Assembly (NCBI RefSeq): GCF_964204645.1
Contig: NC_134027.1
Span: forward strand, 23,956,560-24,020,559
DNA length: 64,000 nucleotides
From: Tubulanus polymorphus
Lineage: Eukaryota; Animalia; Nemertea
Direction of reading: 5' to 3'
Made by a program: the position numbers and the translations under genes. How positions within the stretch are numbered: position 1 is the first letter of the stretch; every line of letters begins with the position of its first letter. The notes under the pieces were generated by a model. The model saw only the letters and a list, made by a program, of their open reading frames with translations. It was not told the DNA's origin and did no database searches. Of this stretch, positions 15,059 through 28,713 are shown piece after piece.

Positions 15059-16552
15059 AATGAAATTCTGTCCACACGTTTGAGTTGACTGACAAAAACA
15101 CGTGTAAACTGGCTGCTTTTATCGAATACAGCCGTTTTTTTATTTCAAAAAAGCGTTCGATAAATATATTTTTTCTATAAGTCCAATTCTATTCGATGAA
15201 ATAGATTTTTGTTTTGTGATTAATTGGTGAATACAAATTCAGACTGTAAAAAATCAATACGAACGTACTTTTTCTCGAGAAAATCTTTTCAAGTTGAAAA
15301 GACTATTACGTTAATGTACTCAACCCAGTTCTAAAGATGCGAATGTGGTTTGCGACATTAAATGTTAACCAGTTCATTAAACGATCGGGTTCAGTTTTAA
15401 TTCAGAACTGACAGAACTGGATCCTGAATTGCATTCGAAAACGAATCTGATAAGCGACCTACCGGTGGAGAATCAGTCAGATTTGCCTAGAAATTTCAAT
15501 TAGGCTTAACTGAACTGGTTTAAGAACGAAGTAGCACCGGATCAATTTTTAAATTAAACTGCCAGCTGGAGAACTGGTTTGGCCATATCTAATTAAGCAA
15601 AGAACTGTCGAACTGGGTCTGCGACTAAATAATTAACAGTCGACAACCTTTGCTCAATTAACAAGACGGAGAGCTTGGCGCGACGCGTTCCATTTCACGT
15701 CTCCTGAACTGGAAACAATCGAATCCAATACGCCAAAGGGACAATACGTAATTTTTCGACTGGGCAGAACCTAGACTTATTCAAAACACACCTTAACGTG
15801 TTGTTAAACTGGAAACAAATATAACGATCTGTAAGCACCGGTCTGCTTAGGGCCATTGAAATGAATGTCTCATAGGCACAGGTGGAAGGTAGAGGACCCC
15901 ATGTCTATCTACTTTGAGAAATTACCAAAGGGATAAATAAAGATAACCCTTATTATCTCTGTTCATCTTGGGGACACTTTGAGGAGTAATAAAACGATGA
16001 TGTTGCTCGCCCAACTATTTCGTAAAGCATATTGAATATGTGCTATGTAGATTGAGGCTTTAAGGTCCGCACGAATGAAAGATACAGTACCTGGATTCTC
16101 ATTCTTTTTTATGCCAATAAACGGTGATAATACAAGAGAATATGTGCAATAGATGCTGTGAATACTAAGAATTATTTTACTATTGTACTGTTAAGTTTCC
16201 TATTTCGAATATTTCTGTCTATTGTCATCATGTAGAGAAATAATGAATAAAGTTTGATCGCGTGTCCAAAATACAATGGCGACGCCAGACGATTTTTCGG
16301 ATCGATGCAAACGGACGAGCATGAGGGCGATTCTATTGTTTGATATCTAATGCGCCCAGTCAGCTTTGAAGATACGGGGAGCTGCGCGCACCACGAATCA
16401 TAATAATAAATCTACCCGAGGAGGTCTTTGTCAGTGTTTGTGCTGCTATTTCGATGTAATTCGGAAGCTTAATGTATGCATCTCACGTAGAAGACATTCC
16501 TTTCGGAACACCCGGTGCCTTCACTGTTGATCTGTTGATATATCGGTAGTGC

Positions 16553-17542
16553 ATGCTTAGCAGTGTAGATATATTGCTACACGTTAGTCCGATCATGAAC
16601 GACACTTCTACCGATGAAGTTCCAAAACGACAAATGGGCGTACTTGTCTACACATCACTTATGTCCTTCCACCAGAAACCACGTATTTTCCTACTGATAT
16701 CACTGGTCACATCGCCGATTATACTCGCTTTAGGTATTTTCGGAAACTCGGCTACGTTTTGCATCATGACGAGCAAACGATTTCGAATTCTTTCGTACGC
16801 CAACTATCTTGTCGTGTTGTCCGTTTGTGATTTGATGTCCTGCAATTATACCACCTTAATGCCAATGTTGCAGTACTTGCTGCAGACAAGAGCCGGCGGT
16901 CCGATATACATAATGACCTCGCGTATCGGCTGTCAAACCTACCAATATCTAAACCTGATATTGATATGTACGGGCTCATGGATGATAGTGGTTATTTCTC
17001 TGGAACGCCTGGCAGTCGTGATGTACCCGTTCACGGCTCGTTCTATTTGTACACCCAGATTCGCACGATCGGTGATAATGGGGATCATAATCGTCAATGC
17101 CGCGGCCGAGTTCAAATTCAGTATCTTCAACGTCAATTATACCGAAAACGTGATCAGTTGTTATTTGTACTTAGCCGACTTTTACCAGACGTCGAGATTT
17201 CGCGTAATGTACGTATTCGTCGCGCCCTTGTGTGTGATCGCACTGTCCAACTTCATGATTATCGTTTTGTTGCTTTGCAGACGAAATACCGTGGCTTCTT
17301 CCGATGATAAATCGGGCAAAGCTAAACGCACAACTGTGATGCTGGTAACGGTTTCGCTGACGTTCGCGATATTGACGTTGCCGATGTCCATAATGGCCAT
17401 GTTTCCAATGAACCTTTACGTTATTCTAGCTATATCGGATATTCATTCGATTAATTACGTGATCAATTTCTACATGTACCTGCTATTGGGTAAAGAAATT
17501 CGCGTGTTTTTTCTGCAGAAGGTCAAGTCATGTTGTTCTTAG
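16553..17542 (+). CDS. Intronless rhodopsin-family (class A) GPCR, peptide-receptor/chemoreceptor-like
   Basis: 329-aa ORF with 7 hydrophobic segments: GIFGN (TM1), LSVCD (TM2), SLERL (DRY-equivalent), AKRTTVML..F..LTLP (TM6), INFYMY (TM7). The start may be the ATG of MNDTS. Confidence 0.9.
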   Translation: MLSSVDILLHVSPIMNDTSTDEVPKRQMGVLVYTSLMSFHQKPRIFLLISLVTSPIILALGIFGNSATFCIMTSKRFRILSYANYLVVLSVCDLMSCNYTTLMPMLQYLLQTRAGGPIYIMTSRIGCQTYQYLNLILICTGSWMIVVISLERLAVVMYPFTARSICTPRFARSVIMGIIIVNAAAEFKFSIFNVNYTENVISCYLYLADFYQTSRFRVMYVFVAPLCVIALSNFMIIVLLLCRRNTVASSDDKSGKAKRTTVMLVTVSLTFAILTLPMSIMAMFPMNLYVILAISDIHSINYVINFYMYLLLGKEIRVFFLQKVKSCCS

Positions 17543-18623
17543 GGGTCCAGGGAAATCGTACCCACCGGCGAAGTGGTATGAAATGCTACAATTATCTTTT
17601 CACAATGACAATATTCAACAGTTCGAGGATACACGGGTTCATTTTTCTGGTGTGGACAGATTATTTTAGTTCGCGGTGTATTTTCAACTTGGAAAGACGA
17701 AACGTCTCGAGTTTTGCACGTAATGCATTTCGCACGTTGTGTTCAAACGCGAATTCATATTCTCTTCTCGGGAACAGGCTGAAATAGCACAGTAACAGAC
17801 GTGATGAGCTACTGAAGTATGTAAAATTCTCCACCGGTTGAACGGAGCGCAAATGAATGCAATTTTAATTGACAACATTTTAATTATTCAACGTTAATCT
17901 AAATTTTCAATTCATTCATCTTGTTCTCTAACATAGGAATATATTAACCATTAAGTGATTGTTATTGAATTTGAAAAATGTTAGAAATGTTTCCAAATTG
18001 ATTCTTGAATAGTGGACCAATAGCTAACAGTTCTACTGAAATAGAGTTTAAGCTTAAATTGTTGATTAAAAGCATCTTTGGGGCTCCATACCAGGCCTAA
18101 AGCTGCAGCTGTGCCACTTAAGACCAGCTTTTGTTACTCTATGGGCCAATCTACATGAATAAACCATCAGACCTTTTGGGCTCAAACTGTTGATTCAATG
18201 CCCCCCCTGCTCCCTAACTAATAAAATTTCTTGCATATAATCGTTTGGGATTTCTACTCTAGGTCATCTTCATCCCTAACCATTTGAACGAAACTGAAGT
18301 CTATACAGCCTGTTGGGTTTTATATTATGTATACAAAATAAATAACTGTGATATTTTGTTTTTTCAGTTGAAGCTATTTAAAAATTCATAAGTATATTAA
18401 AAACAAACGAAACTCCGCGGTGTGCATGATAAACAGTACGGAAGTTAAACACTTTCGAATGAAATATATCTAACAACTGTATGTGTGTTTTTATGTAAGG
18501 CAATTTATTCATCGAAATTAAAAAATCAAAAAAGGAAAGCTATGGTAAACTGTTAAAGTTCTGACTGTTTTGTTGACAGGCGACCCTCTTATCTTCTCTC
18601 CTAACGTATCTATATAATCAAGA

Positions 18624-18850
18624 CTCTGGATTCGGTTCTGCAGTTGTGTAGGTTCAATTTGACCCGGATCCAGTTCCACAGTTGTGTAGGTTCAATGTGA
18701 CTCCGGATCCAGTTCCACAGTTGTGTAGGTTTGATGTAACTCCGGATCCAGTTCCACAGTTGTGTGGGTTTAATTGGACTCTGGACCCAGTTCCACAGCA
18801 TGGGTGGGTTCAATCTCTATATCCAGGTCAGCAGTTGTAGACTAAATTCG
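18624..18850 (+). repeat. 39-bp minisatellite (~5 units) upstream of gene 4
   Basis: GGATCCAGTTCCACAGTTGTGT(A/G)GGTT units. Confidence 0.9.
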
Positions 18851-19110
18851 GTTTTCCAATCGGGTTTTACTCTAGTTACAATTTCACATTGTCTATTTGA
18901 GTTCCAGTTTAATTATGTAAATATTATTCAAAAGCTGAAATTACTTTTTCATCATATTATTAGAACTCAAACGATATTTATTCTAACCAAATAGAATGTG
19001 CTCAAACATATTTGCATTCGAACACTTCAAAAAACCGCTTGATGCGATAAAAACAGCCAGTTTTCACGTGTTTTTGTCAGTCGACTGAAACGTGTGGACA
19101 GAATTTCATC

Positions 19111-20813
19111 ATGTATTTCGCTGTACTGGTTTGTCTGGTATTCGTTGCCGCCACGGATGCCGCCCCTTACAGAGACGGTAAGGTCACGACAAAAACAATC
19201 CTGTTTTTCGGGCGTGGGAGTCACCAAAATGGGTAGGTAGGTAGGTAGGAAATTTGTGTTTCTTTTTATTAAAAAATTTATTTCGGGTAATTGTCTGAAA
19301 GTGGGTTGGTCGCCGAAAATAATTTTTTTCACTGCACCAAATTCCCAATTAAAATATGTTTAGCAGTTAGAAGACCACAATAATGAAAGGAATGTGAGGT
19401 TTTTGTATAATAAACTATAAAAAAAACTATATTTCAAACATATTTCACACTTGGAAACTTTTTATGAAAATAAAGCATCAAAATCTTGAAGAGGCCTATG
19501 ATATATATTTCATATGGAATTTCTGATCTTTCCAAGTGCCATCAATGTCTGATAAGCAAAGTTGTCTGAGCACAGCTGTACAATTTCCAGAATGAAATTG
19601 AGGGTAATGAAATAATTCTAAGATATCGGTTTCAGTACTGACAATGAAAAAAAATTACGATGTTTTAGAAAAATTTACGAGAATGGAGAGCTTTGAAATC
19701 GGTGAACCGCATATTTAGTAAAAGTTATTTCATCCAAAATTTTGAAATAGGGTCGGTAGGCAATTTCATTTCATTTCGAAAAAATAATTCCGATAATTAG
19801 TCGATGTGATTTCAGGTAATTGTACTGCGCAGAGGTTCCCTGAATCCAGCTACGACACGACGAACAATCGATATGAAGAGACGATTGGCTGTACACTGTG
19901 TCACTGTGAGAATCGTACAACGGACGTCGTCTGCGAAACGTAAGTCTTTTTCGAAATAAATCGATCAAATTAAAAGATTCCGTTTATGGCTAGATACGTT
20001 TTTTAATGTGACATGTGTATTTACTATTGATTATTTTTGATTATTCATGAATATTATATATGAGTGGCCACCTACCAATCAGAAACGTTGTTTTTCATAA
20101 TTGCTCGTAGTTGAAATCAAAGCCAGAAGCGGAATAAGAACGGACTTATAATTTAAGGACGTATAAACCTATCGAGCGTCCGTGGAAGAGCTAAACACAG
20201 GGGTGGACCCAGAGGCCAATTCTGGACTTGTAACATCCGAAAAGTTCGTTCAGTCCAAAAGGGGATATCAGGTGGTTTCCTTCAATAAAATTTACCAATT
20301 TCCTTCGTCGACAAAATGAAAAAGGGCCCTCAAAAATTTAATGGACTAGTCTCATCAGGACCGTATCTGGAAAATTTTGGAAAAGTGCCCTTTTGCAAAT
20401 ATCATTGTATAGTACTGCCCTATTTCGGGTTTCTCTGTCTCCCCCCCCCCAACAAAAAGATAAAATGCTAGGTACTGTCCTGTTTATAAGTCACCTTGGA
20501 CCCGCCCCTGATTCACTTGTGCGAAACGTTGCTTACGTTTCAGTTTTACTGCAGGTGCGGCGTTATGACGATGGCCCTACCCCCTTGCGAGTACAAACAC
20601 ATGTTGGACGAAGAGTGTTATTTCGGCAACGTAACAGATACGTGGCCCGGATGTTGTTCGAAGCACGAAACGATCTGCGAAGACTCGGGCGACTACGAAT
20701 CTCTGTTCAATAGTGACGATTTCGCCATATTCAACGAAACCCATTTCGCCATTGCGGCTACGTGTGACCCTGACGCCCCAGAACCCCCGATGGTAGCATC
20801 TATGGTTGGATAA
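19111..20813 (+). CDS. Gene 4: secreted 12-Cys VWC/SVWC-like protein (149 aa), 3 exons
   Basis: Exons 19111-19177 (MYFAVLVCLVFVAATDAAPYRD), 19816-19939 (GNCTAQRFPESSYDTTNNRYEETIGCTLCHCENRTTDVVCE), 20555-20813 (CGVMTMALPPC...WPGCC...). 450 nt in frame. Confidence 0.88.
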
Positions 20814-21284
20814 TGAGTCGGCGTACAGTAATGATTTATTGAATGATTACGTACATAAAACAATTAAGAATCTAACAAGTACGCCGCCTTTATCGCAACG
20901 TATCTAATTTTGAGTAAGTTGTGGATTCTTTTATGTATCAACGAAGTTATTATGAAGATGTAACAAAATATAAAGAAATAGAAAATGAAATATAAGCTAT
21001 GAATATCAAAAGCAAAAAGCGAACATTTTTTCTTACGATTCTTTTTGCAAAATGAAATTGCGCGATGGGACTCGAACCTGGTGTAGCAGCACGAACCCGA
21101 TTGTCATATATTGAGGCTTTGATACCTTTGCTCACGAGTAAAACGAGGGAGATTACAGAAGAAAGTAAATAAAATATGGTCACCCAGCAGCGATAACGGG
21201 CTTTCTGCACTGATAATTCTGTTACGGGAGCGATGAGGAACAACGTTACCAGCTATCCCACCAGATGGCGTGACGATCACTCAG

Positions 21285-21525
21285 TCTTCAACTTAGCTAA
21301 ATTCATTAAGACCGGCTTAGATGTATATAGATCCCTCCAATAGTATATATAGTATTGTAAATAGTTGATGTATATATATTTCGTTACGTTTTCATTCTCT
21401 AAATTTTAATCACTTCAGTGTTGTTTTGTAAATATTTGTATATACATGTGTAATAGTTTTCCTCCATATACCATGGAAATGGTTGGAGTGTAAATAAATC
21501 GTAATCGTAATCGTAATCGTAATCT
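21285..21525 (+). mobile_element. LINE 3' end with (CGTAAT)n tail
   Basis: Near-identical to 36320-36553 and 49660-49930; ends AATAAATCGTAATCGTAATC. A related 3' end with a (CCTAAT)n tail is at ~21800-22085. Confidence 0.75.
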
Positions 21526-23220
21526 TTCTATTCTATTCTGTTCTTTAAATTTAGAACTGGGTATTATGTTTTGCCTGTAAATAAAATAGCAAACCTTCAG
21601 TTTTAGATAGAAATGAAAGATTATGTTCCGCTTGTAATGTTTAAGGTGATGAATTACGTTTTAGTTGATGAAATCCGTGAAAACATTTTGAATTTGAACC
21701 CTTTTGACTTCACTCTTGAGAATGGTTTTTAGGATAAAACCGAAAATTCGAGTTTTTAATAAATTCTTTGAAGTTTTGATGTTTTAAATCTTTTTCGAAC
21801 TTGTGATTGTGGGACTCATATTTTATCCTTTTGGCAATCTTGAAATTCTAAAAATTCCTACAATCCACTTCGCAAAATTCATAAAAAAAGGCTTAGATGT
21901 ATCTAGATCCCTCCAATTATTAGTATGTTGTAAATAGTGTTGTTAATAACTAGGTTATATATTATTATGACAAGTTTATAATTTCTGTTGTTAGTAAATA
22001 TTGTCTATTTCATAGTCTCCCTCTATGTACCATTGACATGGGGTATAAATGGTCGGAATGTAAATAAAATCCTAATCCTAATCCTCGCGTTATCAAAAAA
22101 AAATTAGGTAATTTTCAATGAATTTTGAACTAGAATTTCAGGCTCCCTCTGGACGTTAAATGAAAGCTCATCTATTTCATAGAACAAAACGTATAAGACA
22201 TGATAATATTTACAATTAAAGGGTGAAAAGTGTTTGATTTTGCTTGCGTTCTGTAGCGTGATAGAGTTTAAGGGCAGTTCGTATTCGATAAAATGCAGAC
22301 CTTCGTCGTGGAGGACTTTGATGAAACGGTGCTCGAAGGTAAAACGCTGCGTTGTGACATCAAATACATTCGCAGTTCAACGCTTCGTATGGATTTCAAC
22401 ACGAGTCCCATGTAGGGACGTCTCAAGGCCTATAAAACTCGGAATTAACAGGACGAGCCTGGAATTGTATTCAATTTCGGCTATTTGACCTTCAAAAAGT
22501 GTTACTTTTGAGGATTCGGGCAGTTCGTCGTCATTCACTTTCAGAAATTACACAAAACAGAAAGTCAGTAACTCCCGGATGATTTTTCTCAGGAATCATT
22601 CCGGAAATGTCTTTCCGTCGTGAACCCCTTAGCCTTCCCATGATTCGGTCCTAGGCGCATTTCCAATGCACAGTGTTTCCCTGCATCTTATCAATGAAGA
22701 TCATTTTCATAACCGAAGTTTGTTGAAACAAACGAAACGCGACGCGGATCGCATAATGAATATAAAACGACACTTAAGTTAAACACTTTAGAATAAAATA
22801 TTATATTCAACGTCTGTTATGTAAGGCAATTTATTCGGCGAACTTTTCAAACGGACAGTTTTGGTGTAAACTGTTGAAATTGTGACTATTTTGTGGCCTG
22901 ATGATCCTCTCCCGAAATATCCCAGTAGTAAAGCTTCCATACATACACAAGCGGTAATATTTCCAAGATATTTGTTGCAGATATTTAATATGAAATGTAG
23001 TTATTGTCAGATTTGATTCGGAACCCAGTGCCGTATAACGCGAAAAACGAAATATAAATATGAACGTTGCACCGAAGTATGTTCTTGCAAAGTTATCGCG
23101 TCTCGACGTAAGAATTTGCGGATGTGGTCATTTTTGTAGTGGTTTGATTTTGCACAGTCGTACAATACACACTCTAAAGGGTCCATGACTATACACATGT
23201 CATTGCATAGTATCGTACTG

Positions 23221-25190
23221 TAGATCCAGTTCCACAGTTGTGTGGGTTTAATTTGATCCGGATCCAGTTCCACAGTTGTGTGGGTTTAATTCGACTCTGG
23301 ATCCAGTTCCACAGCTGTGCGGGTTTAATTCGACTCTGGATCCAGTTTCACAGCTGTGTGGGTTTAATTCGACTCTGGATCCAGTTCCACAGTTGTGTGG
23401 GTTTAATTCGACTCTGGATCCAGTTCCTCAGTTGTGTGGGTTTAATTCGACTCTGGATCCAGTTCCACAGTTGTGTGGGTTTAATTCGACTCTGGATCCA
23501 GTTCCACAGTTGTGTGGGTTTAATTCGACTCTGGATCCAGTTTCACAGCTGTGTGGGTTTAATTCGACTCTGGATCCAGTTCCACAGTTGTGTGGGTTTA
23601 ATTCCACTCTGGATCCAGTTCCACAGTTGTGTGGGTTTAATTCGACTCTGGATCCAGTTCCACAGTTGTGTGGGTTTAATTCGACTCTGGATCCAGTTTC
23701 ACAGCTGTGTGGGTTTAATTCGACTCTGGATCCAGTTCCACAGTTGTGTGGGTTTAATTCCACTCTGGATCCAGTTCCACAGTTGTGTGGGTTTAATTCG
23801 ACTCTGGATCCAGTTTCACAGCTGTGTGGGTTTAATTCGACTCTGGATCCAGTTCCACAGTTGTGTGGGTTTAATTCGACTCTGGATACAGTTCCTCAGT
23901 TGTGCGGGTTTAATTCGACTCTGGATCCAGTTTCACAGCTGTGTGGGTTTAATTCGACTCTGGATCCAGTTTCACAGTTGTGTGGGTTTAATTTGACTCT
24001 GGATCCAGTTCTACAGTTGTGTGGGTTTAATTCGACTCTGGATCCAGTTCCACAGTTGTGTGGGTTTAATTTGACTCTGGATCCAGTTCTACAGTTGTGT
24101 GGGTTTGATTCGACTCTGGATCCAGTTTCACAGCTGTGTGGGTTTAATTCGACTCTGGATCCAGTTCCACAGTTGTGTGGGTTTAATTCGACTCTGGATC
24201 CAGTTCCTCAGTTGTGTGGGTTTAATTCGACTCTGGATCCAGTTCCACAGTTGTGTGGGTTTAATTCGACTCTGGATCCAGTTCCACAGTTGTGTGGGTT
24301 TAATTCGACTCTGGATCCAGTTTCACAGCTGTGTGGGTTTAATTCGACTCTGGATCCAGTTCCACAGTTGTGTGGGTTTAATTCCACTCTGGATCCAGTT
24401 CCACAGTTGTGTGGGTTTAATTCCACTCTGGATCCAGTTCCACAGTTGTGTGGGTTTAATTCGACTCTGGATCCAGTTTCACAGCTGTGTGGGTTTAATT
24501 CGACTCTGGATCCAGTTCCACAGTTGTGTGGGTTTAATTCGACTCTGGATCCAGTTCCACAGTTGTGTGGGTTTAATTCGACTCTGGATCCAGTTTCACA
24601 GCTGTGTGGGTTTAATTCGACTCTGGATCCAGTTCCACCGTTGTGTGGGTTTAATTCGACTCTGGATCCAGTTCCTCAGTTGTGTGGGTTTAATTCGACT
24701 CTGGATCCAGTTTCACAGCTGTGAGGGTTTAATTCGACTCTGGATCCAGTTCCACAGTTGTGTGGGTTTAATTTGACTCTGGATCCAGTTCCACAGTTGT
24801 GTGGGTTTGATTCGACTCTGGATCCAGTTCCACAGTTGTGTGGGTTCAATTTGACTCTGGATCCAGTTCTACAGTTGTGTGGGTTTGATTCGACTCTAGA
24901 TCCAGTTTCACAGTTGTGTGGGTTTAATTTGACTCTGGATCCAGTTCTACAGTTGTGTGGGTTTATTCGACTCTGGATCCAGTTCCACAGTTGTGTGGGT
25001 TTGATTCGACTCTGGATCCAGTTCCACAGTTGTGTGGGTTTGATTCGACTCTAAATCCAGTTCCACAGTTGTGTGGGTTTGATTTGACTCTGGATCCAGT
25101 TCTACAGTTGTGTGGGTTTGATTTGACTCTGGATCCAGTTCCACAGTTGTGTAGATTCAATTTGGCCTTTGACCCAGTTTCACGTGTTTG
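23221..25190 (+). repeat. 39-bp minisatellite array (~50 units) upstream of gene 5
   Basis: Consensus CTCTGGATCCAGTTCCACAGTTGTGTGGGTTTAATTCGA, highly homogeneous, no spacers. Confidence 0.98.
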
Positions 25191-25691
25191 TTCAACTCAA
25201 CAATTTAATTATTTAATCCAGTTCCACACAGTCAGCTGTAAAAGTTTGATTTGACTTTGAACCCAGTTTGAATCGGGTTCTATTCTTCAGCCAGTCTTAG
25301 CAGTGCTTGTCTCCACAGAGATCTCCTTCGCTAAGGTGCTCGTATTGATAGTTTAGTTCAAGTGGTTTGAAAGTATTGAGAAAATGTCGTTCGCATCTTA
25401 GTGTGTGTGGTACATCAGACACTAAGGTTCTCGGTGAAGTTCTATATTAGACATAACTTCATATGTTTGATATGAGCTCACATACAATTTATGAATATAT
25501 GCAACATTATTCAATAAAAAGTTCCTTTTCTTCATTATACCAATTGTAAACTTAACAATATTTATTTCATCAAATGATATTTTGCTTAAACACATTTACA
25601 TTCGAACACTTGAAAACCCGCTCTACACGATATAAACGGCAAGTTTACGTGTTTATGTCAGTCGACTCAAACTTGTGGACAGAATTTCATC

Positions 25692-28600
25692 ATGTATTTA
25701 GCTGCATTATTGGTTTGCGTGGTATTTGCTGGTGTTGCAGAGGCGGCCCTCAGTCGAGAAATAGGTGAGCCGATACTCGGGTCGATTTCATTTTTACTAT
25801 TCAATTGCGAATTTGAAATTCATTGTAAAAATCACGATCACGCTTTGACAGGACACAAAAATTATTTTATAGAAAATAAACGCCAATTTACGCAATCGTA
25901 ATTGTTATTTTGAAACGCCCCGATTTTGATGACGTAGTGCACATCCTCTCACACGAATTAGTTAGCAATATATAGAAAAAACCGTTACAAAATTGTTTTT
26001 ATTCTGTGATAGCTACTATGCGTTGTCTAAGGGGTTCTCTGTGAGTCGATGTGCATTACGTCATCAACAATGACGTTTCAAGATAACTCTTTTTCTATTT
26101 CATAAATTTTCATTTCTTTTTTGATGATACATTTGCCCTACGTCAGACTGGGCCAATTTCGGTTATCGGAGTTAGTCGACTATAGTTGAACTAAACGAAA
26201 CCGAGTGTCAGTAAGTCGTTAGTTCCGACCTACCTCCAAGATAGCCGACACTGTGAAATACGTTACGACCGAACTATAGTGCGTTCGGTTATTAGTTCCG
26301 ACCAGCTAGTCGACTAGCTACGAAAACCGAAGTTAGCCCCGTTGCTGGACAATTCACATCTTCACCCGTCAAGGGATTCGAACCCACTACGCTAAAGCTG
26401 TTCCCCGAACCCCTTGACCTCACGAGTAGTTGGAGTCGTTACCAGCCGACCAGAATCCGGTCGTACCAATTACAGCGCTCGTAACAAACCGTCAGTAGAC
26501 TTCTGTTGGTTTTCCCGTTAAATTGACCAATCAGCGAACGTTTTACCGAACAAGGAAGTATTTCGCAAATCGATATATGACGTCACGCGCAACAGCGCCA
26601 GTAATGAAATCACGCTTCGTGAGGCCAGGGGGCTGGTGGAAGCGAGTTCGGGAGTGATACCGGACCCCTGGCAAGTGAGGATGGACAATTCAATTCAATT
26701 GCCGATATAGTCAAATTCAAATTACCTTTATTGATACTTATTTTACGGCATCGAAAATAAACAAAATCGGTATCATGATTTCAGATGGTTGCACTGTTGA
26801 GAGGTTCCCTGATTCCAGTCTCAACGAGGTTGAAAAGCGTTACGAGGAAAAGACTGATTGCGAACTGTGTTACTGTAAGGATCGCGCCGGAGACGTTACC
26901 TGCGAAACGTAAGTCTTTGTCCAAAATTTGTATTAAAATAATTGAAAGATCTCGTACAAGATTTATTCTGCTAACTTAGCTAGCTACCGGCGAAAACTGC
27001 AAAATCTCGAGGCAAATAACACTAAAACACATTAACGCTTTATTGGCCGCCGACCACACTCACAACTATATCTGTTCTACTTCGATTTTCGATTTCGAAA
27101 TCAAATGTTTCGTTCCTGGTGGGAGTGTTGGGTTTGACAGGCATACAAAATCAAAACAAATCAAGCGAAATCTACCAGTTGAATAGAAATAACAGGTCGG
27201 GTCAATCCCTATTTCAAGATCAAAAATCATATCTCATCTCCATCTACTAAACAAGAAAACTAGAGCTTGAAATTCTATTGAAGCCTTGAAAAATAACACG
27301 TTGTCGACTATTGATGATATAATATTTCTTATCATATGATATCAAGGGTTAATAAAGTTATTTTGAATTTGAATATGATTGAATTCACTGACAGCCAGTC
27401 TAGCCCCGCTATATTGATGACGTAGTGCACATCTTCTCAAAAATGATGATTGAAATTTACCAAATAATTTGAAGTATATCTAATTACGAAATAAACGCCT
27501 AAATTCACAATATTGTAACTGTTATTTTGAAACGGCAATATGACGTAGTGCACACAGACTTACACAACCCCCTTATATAACCCAACATGAGGGTGCCTGG
27601 CCAGCACTGTGGCGCTTGCGCGTTCGCATTCAAAAACTAACCCCAAATAACAACATATTTCCGTCTTTTTCTCCTCGTTCACTTCCTCCTTCCGTTCGGG
27701 TACCAGAACACAGTAGTAAATCGATGAACATCGTAAACGTAACTCGCAATACTATACGTAAAAAGTAACTTGTAAGTTGCTTCATGGCTTCTAGAAGAAC
27801 CAGTTTGTGACTTTCTCAAAAGGTATTAAAAATGAACTGATCCTTTGTCCTCAAAAATAATTCATTAATGAGCAATTAAAAATTGATGAAAAATATCAAC
27901 ATGTAAAATCAGCAACATGATTTTGATCGTGCTAAAACTGGCAATGGGCCCGGTACGACTTTTTGTTCGGACCAAACAGCCACGGGCCAAGGACGAACAG
28001 GCACTTCATGATATGCTGCGTCAAAAAGTAAATGTGAGCCATGGGGGAAGATAGGGTCAAACAGGCACGGGCATATTTGGCACCACGGCGACCAAAATGC
28101 TCGTGTGATCGCGGCAGTGCATTCGTTCCTACTTTAGCGGCGTTCACGCTTGGTTATTTAGAAAGAACTGCCAGTTTTAGCACGATCAAAATCATGTTGC
28201 TGATTTTACATGTTGACATTTTTCATCAACTTTTAATTGCTCATTAATGAATTATTTTTGAGGACAAAGGATCAGTTCATTTTTAATACCTTTTGAGAAA
28301 TGACCTATTACAACGTGTTTGAATTAGGTCCATTCCGGGTACGGACCAAATAAGAAAGGACTAACCACGGACGTGTAAACTTTTTAGATCGTCCGTGAAA
28401 TGACTAAACACTAGTGTGAAACGTGGATCATAATATGTTTCGGGTTATTTACAGGTGCGGCGCCATGTACATGCATATATCCGCGTGTCGTTACAAATTT
28501 ATGTTGAAACACAAGTGTTATTTCGGCAAGATATCGGATACGTGGCCTAAATGTTGTTGGAAGTACCAAGCAATCTGCAAATCGACCGGTGACTACGCTG

Positions 28601-28713
28601 CATTGTTCGACAATGACGATTTCGCCAAATTCAACGAAACGCATCATGCCACTGCATGTACGTGTGACCCTCAAGCCACGCAAGCACCCGTGGAAGCATT
28701 TGCTGTTTTATAA
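25692..28713 (+). CDS. Gene 5: secreted 13-Cys VWC/SVWC-like protein (151 aa), 3 exons
   Basis: Exons 25692-25764 (MYLAALLVCVVFAGVAEAALSREI), 26785-26908 (DGCTVERFPDSSLNEVEKRYEEKTDCELCYCKDRAGDVTCE), 28455-28713 (CGAMYMHISAC...WPKCC...ACTCDP). 456 nt in frame. Confidence 0.87.
26148..26341. mobile_element. Palindromic MITE-like element in gene 5 intron 1
   Basis: CTGGGCCAATTTCGGTTATCGGAGTTAGTCGACTA...TAGTCGACTAGCTACGAAAACCGAAGTTAGCCCCG imperfect inverted ends. Confidence 0.6.
26357..26683. mobile_element. Non-autonomous DNA transposon with 9-bp target-site duplication
   Basis: Imperfect TIRs CATCTTCACCCGTCAAGGG / CCCTGGCAAGTGAGGATG; flanked by GACAATTCA on both sides. Confidence 0.85.
27812..28300. 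mobile_element. Foldback/MITE element with ~132-bp inverted arms in gene 5 intron 2
   Basis: Arms 27812-27943 and 28169-28300 are near-perfect reverse complements; TGAC on both flanks is a possible 4-bp TSD. Confidence 0.85.

Noticed and set aside
23221-25190. CRISPR-like regular array
   Set aside because: Units are contiguous with no unique spacers, there are no cas genes, and the context is eukaryotic.
23238-25254. Long repetitive ORFs (482 aa CGFNSTLDPVPQL repeats and others, also at 1514-2205)
   Set aside because: A 39-bp unit equals 13 codons, so several frames on both strands stay open by construction; no signal of a real gene.
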